IMG/VR virus record: IMGVR_UViG_3300046474_000470
Coordinates: 20,888 to 84,887 of that record
From: a virus
Direction: 5' to 3' (one strand)
Length of the DNA: 64,000 nt
Below the pieces are notes generated by a model that saw only the letters and a program-made list of their open reading frames with translations, ran no database searches and had not been told where the DNA came from. The translations under genes were made by a program, and so were the position numbers. This document shows positions 41,489 through 50,734 of this stretch, in pieces. The first letter of the stretch is position 1. The number at the start of each line of letters is the position of its first letter.

Positions 41489-43104
41489 TCTTCCCCCATC
41501 TCAAGGGTCTTCACCATGTCGATGACGACCGCGTCGAGAGTGCGCTGGGCACTGGCCAGGCGTTCCATGGCGTCGAGCACCTGCGGGAAACGCTCGCGGA
41601 TCTGCGGCTTGAGCTCAGCCCAGCACACGCTGCGCGTCATGTCGCCCTTTTCGGCGTGGAAGTGGCTCAGGCCGCGGGCTTCGGCGGCGTTCAGTTTTGT
41701 GGTCATGCGTTACCTCGTAATGATGGCGCCGGTGGCGTCGTTGGTTTGGCGAACGGTGAAGTCGACTTTCAGCTGGCGGATGGTGCGGCGACGCTGGCGG
41801 GCGTTGCCGGACAGGCTGAAGGTGACGATGTGCTTGTCGCCGTCCCAGACCTCGACGCGGCCGGCGTAGGGCCCGGCCGGGCTGTCGTAGCGCTGGATGA
41901 TCTTGGGGCGGTGGTGGGTCACCCAGCCGCCGTTCAGCACTTTCAGTTCGAGGCCGTCGAAGTCGACATCGATCAGCATCCGGGCGGCGGCCGCCTGCAC
42001 AGCGCTGTTGGTGACGGTCTGGCGGGCGGGCGCGGACTGGCGCCGGCCGGTGCCCAGGGGTTTGACGCGGCCCAGCTGCTGCTCTTTGCTCGAGCCGTTG
42101 CAGATGCAGCGGTCGGGCAGATACTGGTTGCAGACCGGGCAGCGCGGTGGTGTGTTTCTCATGCTCCCTCCATGTAGGCTTTGATGGCCTCGTCGAGCAT
42201 GTCGCCCGAGTAGGTCTGGATGCCGTTCGTCAGGTCGCTGGCCTGCACCACGGCGAGCCGGCCGTCGCTCCAGTGCATGGCGCGCAGGGCGGCGTAGAGG
42301 TCGGCGGGGGCGAGGGCGGCGGCGCGCTCGCACAGCGCGGCGTCATGCGAGCCGGCCATGTCGTCATGCTGGTCCTCCAGTTGTTCGATGTGGGCGGCTT
42401 GCTGGGCGAGGGCGGCACGCAGCTCGGCGATCTCGGCGATCATGTGCACGGTGTTCAGCGGCGCGACGCGCTTTTGCGGGTGGCGCTTGAACCAGTCGGC
42501 GCGGCGCTCCTCCCAAGTCTTTACGGGCTTCATTTTCTTCCTTTCTTGGCAAGTTTCTTGGCGTCGACGGCGTCGTTCCAGGCGCGGTGCTCGGCGTGCT
42601 GGGCGCGAGTCTGCATGACGGCGGCCCAGTCGATAGGCTCGCGGAACCGCCAGTATTCGCCCGGCACCGGCGGGAAGCCGGCCAGCGCGTGTTCGGGCGG
42701 CGGCGCCTCGCCAGCGTACTGGACGTGCTTGTTGCCGTCGTAGTGCGTCAGGTCGTAATTCATCTGGTTGCCGCAGGTCGGGCACTTGAAGCCGTAAATG
42801 GTGCGTCGGGTGCGACCGCAGTCCGCGCCGAAGCAGTAGGGCACGTAGTTGGGATCGTCATCCTTTTGCTTTTGCATCGGGTCGTCCTTCAGCCGCGGGT
42901 GATTGATGTCGGTCTTGGGGATGCGGTGGCGCGCGGCCAGCTGCTCGGCGAGTTGTTCGAGGCTCATTTAATCCTCGTAGCGGTAAGAGGTCAGGCGGTG
43001 CGCAAGTGCGCGGCCCGCCTCGTAGGTGGCGTCCAGGCCTTCGAGGCGGGTGGTGCAGGCCCGGCGGAATTCGTAGATGCCGAGCAGGAAAGCGTGAAGT
43101 CGTT

Positions 43105-43422
43105 TCATGGTTGCTCCAGGTCGTGGATGAGCTTGTCGAGCCACGCAAGCCGGGCCAGTGGCATCAGGTCGCAAGGCGTACGGAACAGGATGTTGAGAGC
43201 GATATCGGGATCTTCGGCGCCGGGATACAGCTGGGCGCCGAGCCACATCTCAAGCGTGTAGTGCGGCGCGATGCTGGCCTGGATGTGGTCGACGACCTCT
43301 TCGTGCAGGGCGTCAAGTCTGAACTGCAGGACTTCGACACACAGGCAGAGGAAGCGCTGCCGGCCTGAGATGAGGACGGCACGGGCGCGGCGCAGGATCG
43401 GGAGGTGTTGTTCAGTCAGCAT
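43105..43422 (-). CDS. Hypothetical protein, paralog family A
   Basis: LTxxHLPIL..LC..ARLAWLDKLI. Confidence 0.75.
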   Translation of the reverse strand: MLTEQHLPILRRARAVLISGRQRFLCLCVEVLQFRLDALHEEVVDHIQASIAPHYTLEMWLGAQLYPGAEDPDIALNILFRTPCDLMPLARLAWLDKLIHDLEQP

Positions 43423-43771
43423 GATCGATATCCCAGATGAGTTTGTCCAGCCACACGAGGCGCATGTTGCGGCGCAGCTGCTCGTAGGCGGGGCGGCGCG
43501 GGTCGTGCATGTTCGGGACGTCAGCCAGCAGGCTGGGCAGCGGGATGCCAGCGCGGCCCATCTTCATGATCACCCAGCTGGTGAGGTAGGGCTGCTCGTC
43601 GAGCTCGTGCTCGACGTACTTGATGATCTGGCCGGCAAGCTGTTGGATGGCTTCGTCTTTCGTGCGCTCGCTAATGCGTCTGCAGGCGTAGCAGATGAAG
43701 AGCTCGCGCTCGGCGGTGATATCGTCGCGCACCAGGTGCAGCAGTGGGAGGTGGTCGCGGGTGAGGGTCAT
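43412..43771 (-). CDS. Hypothetical protein, paralog family A
   Basis: LTxxHLPLL..IC..RLVWLDKLI. Confidence 0.75.
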   Translation of the reverse strand: MTLTRDHLPLLHLVRDDITAERELFICYACRRISERTKDEAIQQLAGQIIKYVEHELDEQPYLTSWVIMKMGRAGIPLPSLLADVPNMHDPRRPAYEQLRRNMRLVWLDKLIWDIDHAD

Positions 43772-44453
43772 GACGTGGCCTTTATGTCAGCGATGATCTG
43801 GTCGACCAGCGCAAGTGTTGCTGCCTGGTTGGGTGGGGTGAGGGCTTTGAGCTCGTCGCAGGCGGTCTGGACCTTGCGCCGGTGGTCGGATGCGGCGACA
43901 TCATCCAGCGCTTGCAGGATGCTTTCACCGGCTTCGACGCGGCCGCGCACATGATTCAGGATGCGAAGGCGGATGGCGGCGCTCATAGGTGGCCGTCCAG
44001 TCGAGCGCGCACAGGCTCTTCGAGGCCGGCCACGAAGTCGGAGGCTTCGGACAGGGCGCGCAGGACGGGCGCAAGGTTGCGGTGCTGCCATGCGTCGAGC
44101 TCGACCACAGGCACGCCGCCGGCGGTGAAGTAGCCGTCACGGCTCACACCGAAGGCGTGGCGCTTGAGGTTGAAGGGGCGCAGGTGGCGCCGGATCTCGT
44201 AGGCGGCCAGGCAGGCGGCCTTGTGATAGGCGACGTCGAGGATGGCTTCGATTTCCAGGGTTTGCATGTTCATGGCTCAGTCCCTGATGGTGGCATGTTC
44301 GGCCTGCAGGCGGGCAAGTCGCTCCTGCAGCATGGCGACGTTGGCGTTGGCGCGCTCTTGGGCGAGCTTGGCGAGGAAGAGGTCGTGTTCGGTTTCGCGG
44401 ATGGTCTGGCCACGCATCTCGGCGAGGCTGGGCGGCTGGAAGAAGGTTTTCAT

Positions 44454-44962
44454 GTAATTTTGAGAGGAAAGTGTGAGTTTTGATGGTTGGGCGAAAAACG
44501 ACTGATAAGTAGCCAGTTTCTTCGTGTTCTGTACAGAAGTTTGTTGTTGTCTAAAAGAAATGAACACTTTTACGCGAAGTTACGGAAAAGTTGTAGGCTG
44601 TACAACATTTGCAACAAAATGACGTACAGTCACTCGTGTATAAGAGCACAGGTAACCTATTTTCGACCTTGTAACTTTGAGATGAAATTGTGAATTACCG
44701 AGGCTAAACTGTGTTCGTGAGGGCCGTTCTGGAAATGAAAAGAGCCCCCCCTAAACATCAAAAAATCGAGGTCGGCCAGATAAGAACACAAAACAGGAAA
44801 AAACAAAAAACCTAAATCGCCCAATCGTTCTACAGCTATACCCAAAATGGTGATCACAGTATAGATAATTACTTTTTAGGGTGTGCTCTCTATAGGGCGG
44901 CTTGGGCAGGCGTCGATTTTGTGTGGTATTATCCAACTTCCCAACCCACTTGCGAGACCATC
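44454..44962. promoter_or_regulatory. AT-rich divergent intergenic region (promoters, possible origin)
   Basis: Sharp GC drop, no credible ORF, A-tracts, short palindromes, and extended -10 TGGTATTAT near 44924. Confidence 0.6.
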
Positions 44963-45700
44963 ATGGAAAACCTGAATCGAATCCTGAAACAAGAAGACGT
45001 GCCTCAGCATTTCGTCCTGGAAGGCTCACGCCTGTACCGGAAATACAGCACGGGCGCCGTCACCCAGCTCAAGAGCATGGACGGCAACACGGTCGTCACC
45101 TTGTTCGATGGCCACCGCTTGCGCGGCGTCGATATTGCGTGGTGCCTGCTGCACGGAAACTGGCCAGCCTTTCCGATCGTCCAGCTGCACGAAGATCCGC
45201 ATGACTTCTCGGAGGGCAATCTCTACCCTGCCCGCCTCAAGCGCCTGCGCTACCGTGAAACGCAGAAGGGTCTGCTGTTCTATCACCCGCTCAGCCTGCT
45301 CGGGCACATCAGCGCGAAACGCTGCCGCGAACACTGGGAGCATCTGGCCCATGACTACTATATGAAGGACTACACCTATGTCCTGCGGGCTGAGGCGTAC
45401 GATCGCGAGATGCGGCTGACCACCCTGCAGAGTCTGCCGCCAAAGCCTGTGCCCCCAGAACACGCCCAATACGCCAAGCGCCCGGCACGCCCTAAAGCGG
45501 TCCCGGGCATGGAATGGCACTGGTGGCAGGGCGCGTGGATCAGCGTGCCGGTCGCCGTGCACGTCTCGGACGATTACCGCGTGCGCATCAAGGCCGCGCA
45601 GGCCGGCGCCACGTCGTTCCGCTTCGATCCCGAGGCGCAGCGCACGCGCGCCTACCTGCCTGACGGCTCCGAGCTGGTTCATGCTGCCACCTCGGCCTGA
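44963..45700 (+). CDS. Degenerate HNH-endonuclease-like protein
   Basis: IAWCLLHGNWP..IVQLHEDPHDFSEGNL resembles the HNH_3 scaffold (AWxxxxGxWP..IDHxDG..NNxxxNL) but lacks catalytic residues. Confidence 0.55.
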   Translation: MENLNRILKQEDVPQHFVLEGSRLYRKYSTGAVTQLKSMDGNTVVTLFDGHRLRGVDIAWCLLHGNWPAFPIVQLHEDPHDFSEGNLYPARLKRLRYRETQKGLLFYHPLSLLGHISAKRCREHWEHLAHDYYMKDYTYVLRAEAYDREMRLTTLQSLPPKPVPPEHAQYAKRPARPKAVPGMEWHWWQGAWISVPVAVHVSDDYRVRIKAAQAGATSFRFDPEAQRTRAYLPDGSELVHAATSA

Positions 45701-47028
45701 GCCAGCTTCTCCAGCTGGTTCTGGTGGTTGCGCTCGATCGCTGCCTCGTGCCATGTGTCGCACGCGGCAACGATCCGGCCGGAATAATGCTCGACCACGA
45801 AAGGCTTGGCCACCTTGTCGGCAGCGATGGCCCGGCGGGCCAGATAGGAGAGTTCGGACATTTTGTTGTCTTTCTTTTATTTACGTGGTTCTTTCGATTC
45901 CAGCCAGATGATCAGGCCGATCACGCTGGAAAACACAAGCAGGCACAGCCCATCGAACAGCGGGAAGGCGTTCACGCTGCCACCTCGGCAGCGATGCCGC
46001 GGGCGTTCTCGTACGCGATCAGGCCGTGTACCAGGATGATGAGCCAGACCAGGCCGCGCAAGATCAGGCCGTAATACTGCAAACCGTCCTCACCTGCAGC
46101 TTGTTGGTCGACGCCGGCCAGCACGACCATGACGAGGGTGGAAAAGAGGATTTTGATGGCTTTCATGTGGGTCTCCAGTGGTTAGAACGTCCACGTCAGC
46201 GCCGCTGCGCTGACATTGAAGCTCTAGCAGACCAGATCAATGGGCACGAGGCGCGACTCGTACTGCATGCGGTCGATGCGCACGGAGCAGCCCCAGCCAT
46301 CAAGGTGCGAAGTCCACGCTTCGTCGTCCGGCTCGATCTTTGCTTCGGCTGCCTGCCGCCGGTATTGCAGCTGGGTTAGATTGGCGCCATGCTCGTCCAG
46401 GATGACGGTCGGCGCGCTGCCGTTGTCAGGGTGGGCGGTGATGGTAGCTCGGTAGATTTTCATGTTGACGTCCTTTCAGAGTTAGCAAACTAGCTTGATT
46501 TTGCGGATGTAGGCCGTGTAATCGAGGCTGGTGCCGTCCGGATCGGTGATCCGGACTTCAGAGCTTCCATCCGGGAAGCTCTTCCAGTCCTGCTCACCGG
46601 CAATCGCTGCCTGCCGGACATGCAGGCGGCGCGTGAGTTCGGCCAGATCGGCGCCGTACTCGCGCAGCACGTCGTTCAAGGCACCCTCGAATTCGGTGGA
46701 GGTTTCGATTGCGGATTCGTAGATAGTCGTCATGCTGCACTCCATTTGAAGGTGAGGGATGTTTTCGGCGTCGACAGGTCTGGGCGATTCTTTTCGCCGC
46801 GCGCTTTTGGCGGCATCGGGATATTCAGCGCGCCTGCCTCGATTACGTGGCCGCGCTTTTCTTTTCGGCGCTTCGGAACCTGCACAATCTCAGGATCGAA
46901 CAGTTTCGATCGGGTCTCAATGACAGGTTCTGTAACCAGGTTTTTATGCGGTTTCGGCAGCGCTTTTGCATATTGCGCTATCGTCCCACGTAGGGCCGTT
47001 TTAATCGGCAACCTAATTATCTTTCTCA
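45679..47028 (-). other. Six small early CDSs (45679-45861, about 45877-45975, 45972-46166, 46224-46463, 46482-46733, 46730-47028), two of them hydrophobic
   Basis: ORF track plus a manually read 32-aa TM peptide MNAFPLFDGLCLLVFSSVIGLIIWLESKEPRK. Confidence 0.55.
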
Positions 47029-47039
47029 TCGTTTTTTCT

Positions 47040-47755
47040 CCTAACAATATCGCTGTCCGATTCGGCATCGCGTAACAACCCGATGGCGAACCGGACAGAG
47101 TATTGCCTTTACCGTATTCACGCCCGGTAAATGGCGCTATCGCTTGCCAAAGCGATTCCGCTCATCGCGGCTAGGCTTGCTAAACCTAGATTGGTTTCAC
47201 TGCCTACGCAATCATTCGGCCTTATCCTGTCCCGGCTTATCTCACTCAGATTATCAGGCCACCATTTCCGGCTGATACAAGAGCTATTTTCGCTTTCCAT
47301 GTCAGCTACTAGGCCGGTATCTATCCGGCATTCACTGGCATGCGCACAGATTGCCCACCGTACAGCGCCTGTTGACGCTTGAACCTGTCCAACTACATAC
47401 AGCGGGTTTTCGTTTGATTGCGCCGCTCTAGGAAACGTCCCAGAGCGTGCGTTTTATGCTGACGGCCCGATTCACTAGTACCGCGTTAGGTATAGGATGA
47501 AACGCGACAGGCGACACGGCTGAAAGGACAGCGTGAGCATGCGCGCAACAGATTCACAGTCGCGGATTTAGGTGGGCTCTATTGTTAAAGAATGGTCCCG
47601 ATGCTAGCGGCTGGACGGTGGCGAATGACGCCAGCGATTCCGCTAGGGTACGGCGCGCGGTGGTCCTATCAGCGTTCTGTGATAGGCCGCACGATATGAA
47701 GCTATCTATAAGGGCGCACGCGCCCTTATAGATAGCACCATAAAGGTGCTATGCA
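47040..47755 (-). ncRNA. Putative large structured non-coding RNA / antitermination leader
   Basis: About 700 nt without a credible ORF, containing at least 11 inverted repeats and boxA-like TTCTTTAACAAT. Confidence 0.55.
47581..47592 (-). promoter_or_regulatory. boxA-like antitermination element
   Basis: Minus strand reads TTCTTTAACAAT; the rrn boxA core is GCTCTTTAACAA. Confidence 0.6.
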
Positions 47756-47759
47756 GGGT

Positions 47760-48503
47760 TTAGGCCGGAACCGGTTCCGCTTTGGAGTCAGCCGCCACTT
47801 TCGCCAGCAACAGCGCGGTTTCACGCGTCTTGGCGGCTTCGATAATCATGGTTTCCAATTCCGCCGGGAGCATGCCCGATTTGAGCATGTCAGCCACGGT
47901 GCGCGCCATGATATCGGGCGCAGTGGCGGCTTCGACGCGCGCCGCCACTTCCGAAGTGACAGCGGCGCGCGCTTCCCGTTCCGCTTCCTTGGCGGCTTTG
48001 GCAGCATCCGCCAGCTTGGCGGCTTTGGCGGCTTCACGGGCGGCTTTGGCGGCTTCCTCCTCTTCCGCCGTGCGCGCCGGGGATGCCATCAAGAGCGTAA
48101 AATTGCCCGTGAACGCGTCAGCATAGTCCGACGCCAGCGGCGCAAGGATGGCGTCGCGTTCCGCTTGCGCTTTCGGCAAGTCTTTCAGCATCTCCGGCGC
48201 AGGGAATGCCGCCAGCGTCGCCAGCACGGCGGCGTAGACACGATGGAAGCGCTTGGCGGCCGCGTTCAGAGTCTTTGCGCCAACGGCATCCTTGCATGCC
48301 TTGTTGGCGTCAGCCGTGTCCGCACCGTACATTTGCGCGTCATTGGACAGTTTGATAAACGCGGTTTTGTTGCCTGCCAGCATGATCGAATAGGCGGCGC
48401 TGTAGACGGTGCAAGAGATCAGATCGAATTGCGCGGCTTCGTCGCCAGCGACGGCGCGGAACAGATCGGACATGGCGATATTGCGGGATTGAGTAGCTTT
48501 CAT
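47760..48503 (-). CDS. Ala-rich hypothetical protein, first gene of the leftward unit
   Basis: SD AGGAG; 247 aa with a coiled-coil-like C-terminal half. Confidence 0.75.
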   Translation of the reverse strand: MKATQSRNIAMSDLFRAVAGDEAAQFDLISCTVYSAAYSIMLAGNKTAFIKLSNDAQMYGADTADANKACKDAVGAKTLNAAAKRFHRVYAAVLATLAAFPAPEMLKDLPKAQAERDAILAPLASDYADAFTGNFTLLMASPARTAEEEEAAKAAREAAKAAKLADAAKAAKEAEREARAAVTSEVAARVEAATAPDIMARTVADMLKSGMLPAELETMIIEAAKTRETALLLAKVAADSKAEPVPA

Positions 48504-48611
48504 TTGTAAGACTCCTGAGAATGGGTGACTGCGATTAGATAAGGTTCGGTGCGCGGCGGCATCTTCGCCACCACCACCACTACACTACAAAAACACTACA
48601 ACTAAGCACTC

Positions 48612-48640
48612 ATTATGCGGGAAAACTGTGTTGTTGTCCC
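48612..48640 (-). promoter_or_regulatory. Candidate early promoter
   Basis: GGGACA-17 nt-CATAAT upstream of 48503. Confidence 0.45.
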
Positions 48641-49008
48641 ATTGTATTTTTGTATCAAGCTGCGCAGGTGGATAGCTTTTCCCTATGCTGGCCCGGCTGG
48701 CGCCCTCGCGCAGGTGAGGCTATCGAGACCTGGCTATTGATAGTTTTTAGCTATATCTGGGACGGTAACTGTGGCGAAAATACCACTTGACAAACCGGGA
48801 ATCACTAAAACCGGTCAGTGAATTGTGAATTAATTACGTCATAAACTGTGTCATTAGTTGACAACTCACTCGGATTTGCCTAAATAATAGGCAGATTTGT
48901 GTCGCGATTTAACACATTGCTTTTAAGCAATGCCGCTAGGACGCGTTTAACGGCCCTATGCGCGGCCTGGACGGCGCGCGGGTGCATGTGCGCGCCGATT
49001 GTGTCGCC

Positions 49009-49036
49009 GCTCTGAGGGGCTCTGAGGGGCTCTGAG
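49009..49036 (+). repeat. 10-bp tandem repeat GCTCTGAGGG, about 2.8 copies
   Basis: GCTCTGAGGG GCTCTGAGGG GCTCTGAG. Confidence 0.9.
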
Positions 49037-49084
49037 ACGGGGGTACTTTCCTGACAGCAAGCAGGTGCCCGCGCCCTCCTACCT

Positions 49085-49215
49085 GCCCAAAAATTTCTCC
49101 CAAATTTTTAAACTTTTGCGTAGCTTTTCGTCAACTATTACCGAAATTCCGAAATTTCATGCCATTTCGTTGACTTTTTCAGAAATTTTTCGGATTTTCC
49201 GAAATTTTCCGTCAC
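49085..49215. repeat. AT-rich tract of repeated (G/C/A)AAATT units, candidate packaging/terminase-binding site
   Basis: About six AAATT(T/C) units just upstream of the terminase module. Confidence 0.55.
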
Positions 49216-49254
49216 TTTCTAGGCAAAAACCTTTCCTCGTGGCATACTTATTGC

Positions 49255-49542
49255 ATGCTACGCGACGACCTCAAACCCTACATTGACGCCCTCAAGCGCC
49301 GGGAAATCACCGGCCGCGAGGTCGCGCGCCTGCTCGGCACCCATGAAAGCTACATTTCCCGGGTCCTGGCCAGGATGAACATCACCCGCGATCCCCCGGC
49401 CAAGCCGCTGACCGACAAGATCATCAACCAGGCGCGCGCCGAGCACCGCCTGCTGTGCGCCCAAACGATGGAGCCGAAGGCCGCGGCCAAAGCCGCCAAC
49501 TGCAGCCTGCGAACCATCTACCGCTTGCGAGGCAAGACCTGA
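49255..49542 (+). CDS. Double helix-turn-helix DNA-binding protein
   Basis: ITGREVARLLGTHESYISRVL and PKAAAKAANCSLRTIYRL. Confidence 0.75.
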   Translation: MLRDDLKPYIDALKRREITGREVARLLGTHESYISRVLARMNITRDPPAKPLTDKIINQARAEHRLLCAQTMEPKAAAKAANCSLRTIYRLRGKT

Positions 49543-49994
49543 TGGCCCTCAAGGACTTCAACATGAAGGGCGGCCCGGCCGCCAAAGCCGACCCGCTCGA
49601 AGGGCTGGACGACAGCGAGCTGCTGACGCTGCGCCACCGCCTCGACAAGAAGCTGAACCTCGACCTGACTCAGCTCAACCTTGCGGAAGAGTTGGGCATG
49701 CAGTACCGCTCCGGCCAGATCCTATTGGCTTCGGTGCAGGACGACAAGGACACGCCGGCGAACCAGAAGGCCCAGGTGTTCAACTCGGTCGGCGCCGCAC
49801 TGGAAAAGATCGTCAAGCAGCAAAGGGTCGTGTACGACGCCGAGCGCCTCAAGCGCTTCGAGAGCGCTTTCCTGAAGACCCTGGACCTGTACGGCACCGA
49901 CGAACAGAAGCGCCGCTTCTTCGACCTGTACGGCGAGTACCTGCGCGCCGACGAGAAGCCGGCCGCACCGCCAGCGATCGAGGATGCGTCATGA
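49542..49994 (+). CDS. Putative terminase small subunit
   Basis: Helical 150-aa protein upstream of TerL; positional inference. Confidence 0.5.
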   Translation: MALKDFNMKGGPAAKADPLEGLDDSELLTLRHRLDKKLNLDLTQLNLAEELGMQYRSGQILLASVQDDKDTPANQKAQVFNSVGAALEKIVKQQRVVYDAERLKRFESAFLKTLDLYGTDEQKRRFFDLYGEYLRADEKPAAPPAIEDAS

Positions 49995-50734
49995 GAATCG
50001 AAGCCAACAAGCACCCGGCCGCCATCCATATCCGCGAAGTGCTGGTGCAGGGCGTGCCGCTCCTGCCCGGCACCTGCAAATGGGTCGACCTCGAGAAGAA
50101 CGAAGCCTGCATCTACCGCACCGGTGCCGACGGCCGCCCGCTGATCGAGGACGGCAACTGGGTCGAGCACACCATCCACGCAACGCTTGCCATTCGGATC
50201 GACGACCAGCACCGCCACCTGCTCAGCTGGAGGCCGGCGCCATGATCGACGCCCTCGCTTACGGCATCGTCGTCGCTGGCGTCGTGCTGGTGATCGGCCT
50301 GACCCTTGGCGCCGGCTGCCTGGCCAGCTACATCTGGGGCTCGATCTTCTGGTTCCGGATCCGCCGCATCTACCGCCTGCATACGGTCTGGCACTACCTC
50401 AAGAAGCTGGAAGCGACCGGTCGCTACCACTTCCCGCCGCCCGACGAGGAGAACCCATGAGAGCCGGCGAACTTTTACAGCGGATGATCGCCGCCGGCGT
50501 GCTGCCCGAACCACAACAAAGGTCTGTCATGAGCACCCGATACCGCGCGCGCCCGCGCCAGCCCATCCGCCGCATGCCGCTACTGGCCGTCACCATCGTG
50601 ATCGGCATCCTGATCTGGGGCGCGCCGCTGGCGCTCGTCTTCGTATGAGCGACCGGGCCTATTTCCTGCTGCGCTGTGCCGCCGCCGCCGAACTGCTGGC
50701 CCTGGTCGCAGCGATCATCACAAAAATGCCATGA
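49991..50734 (+). other. Cluster of small CDSs, several with single TM helices
   Basis: 49991-50245, 50242-50460, about 50530-50648 and 50645-50734, mostly with ATGA coupling. Confidence 0.5.

Larger units (their letters stand above)
23516..44453 (-). other. Early-gene region: about 50 tightly packed small minus-strand CDSs, mostly hypothetical
   Basis: Near-continuous chain of ORFs with ATGA/TGATG overlaps and GGAG SDs. Confidence 0.85.

Noticed and set aside
938-46745. Many proteins ending in -AA (QEAA, KEAA, DGAA, EVAA) as possible ssrA-like ClpXP degrons
   Set aside because: Mostly explained by translational coupling (GAGGnnGCnGC(A/G)TGA encodes ExAA*); insufficient evidence for degrons.
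47040-47755. tRNA, tmRNA or group I intron identity for the structured region
   Set aside because: No T-loop GTTCRA with CCA end, no recognisable intron core, and no interrupted gene.
48565-48612. CCA/CTACA low-complexity run
   Set aside because: Short and irregular; probably an unstructured 5' leader, and no function can be supported.
49009-49215. Repeats as a CRISPR mini-array
   Set aside because: Units are 10 bp or shorter, with no unique spacers and no cas genes.
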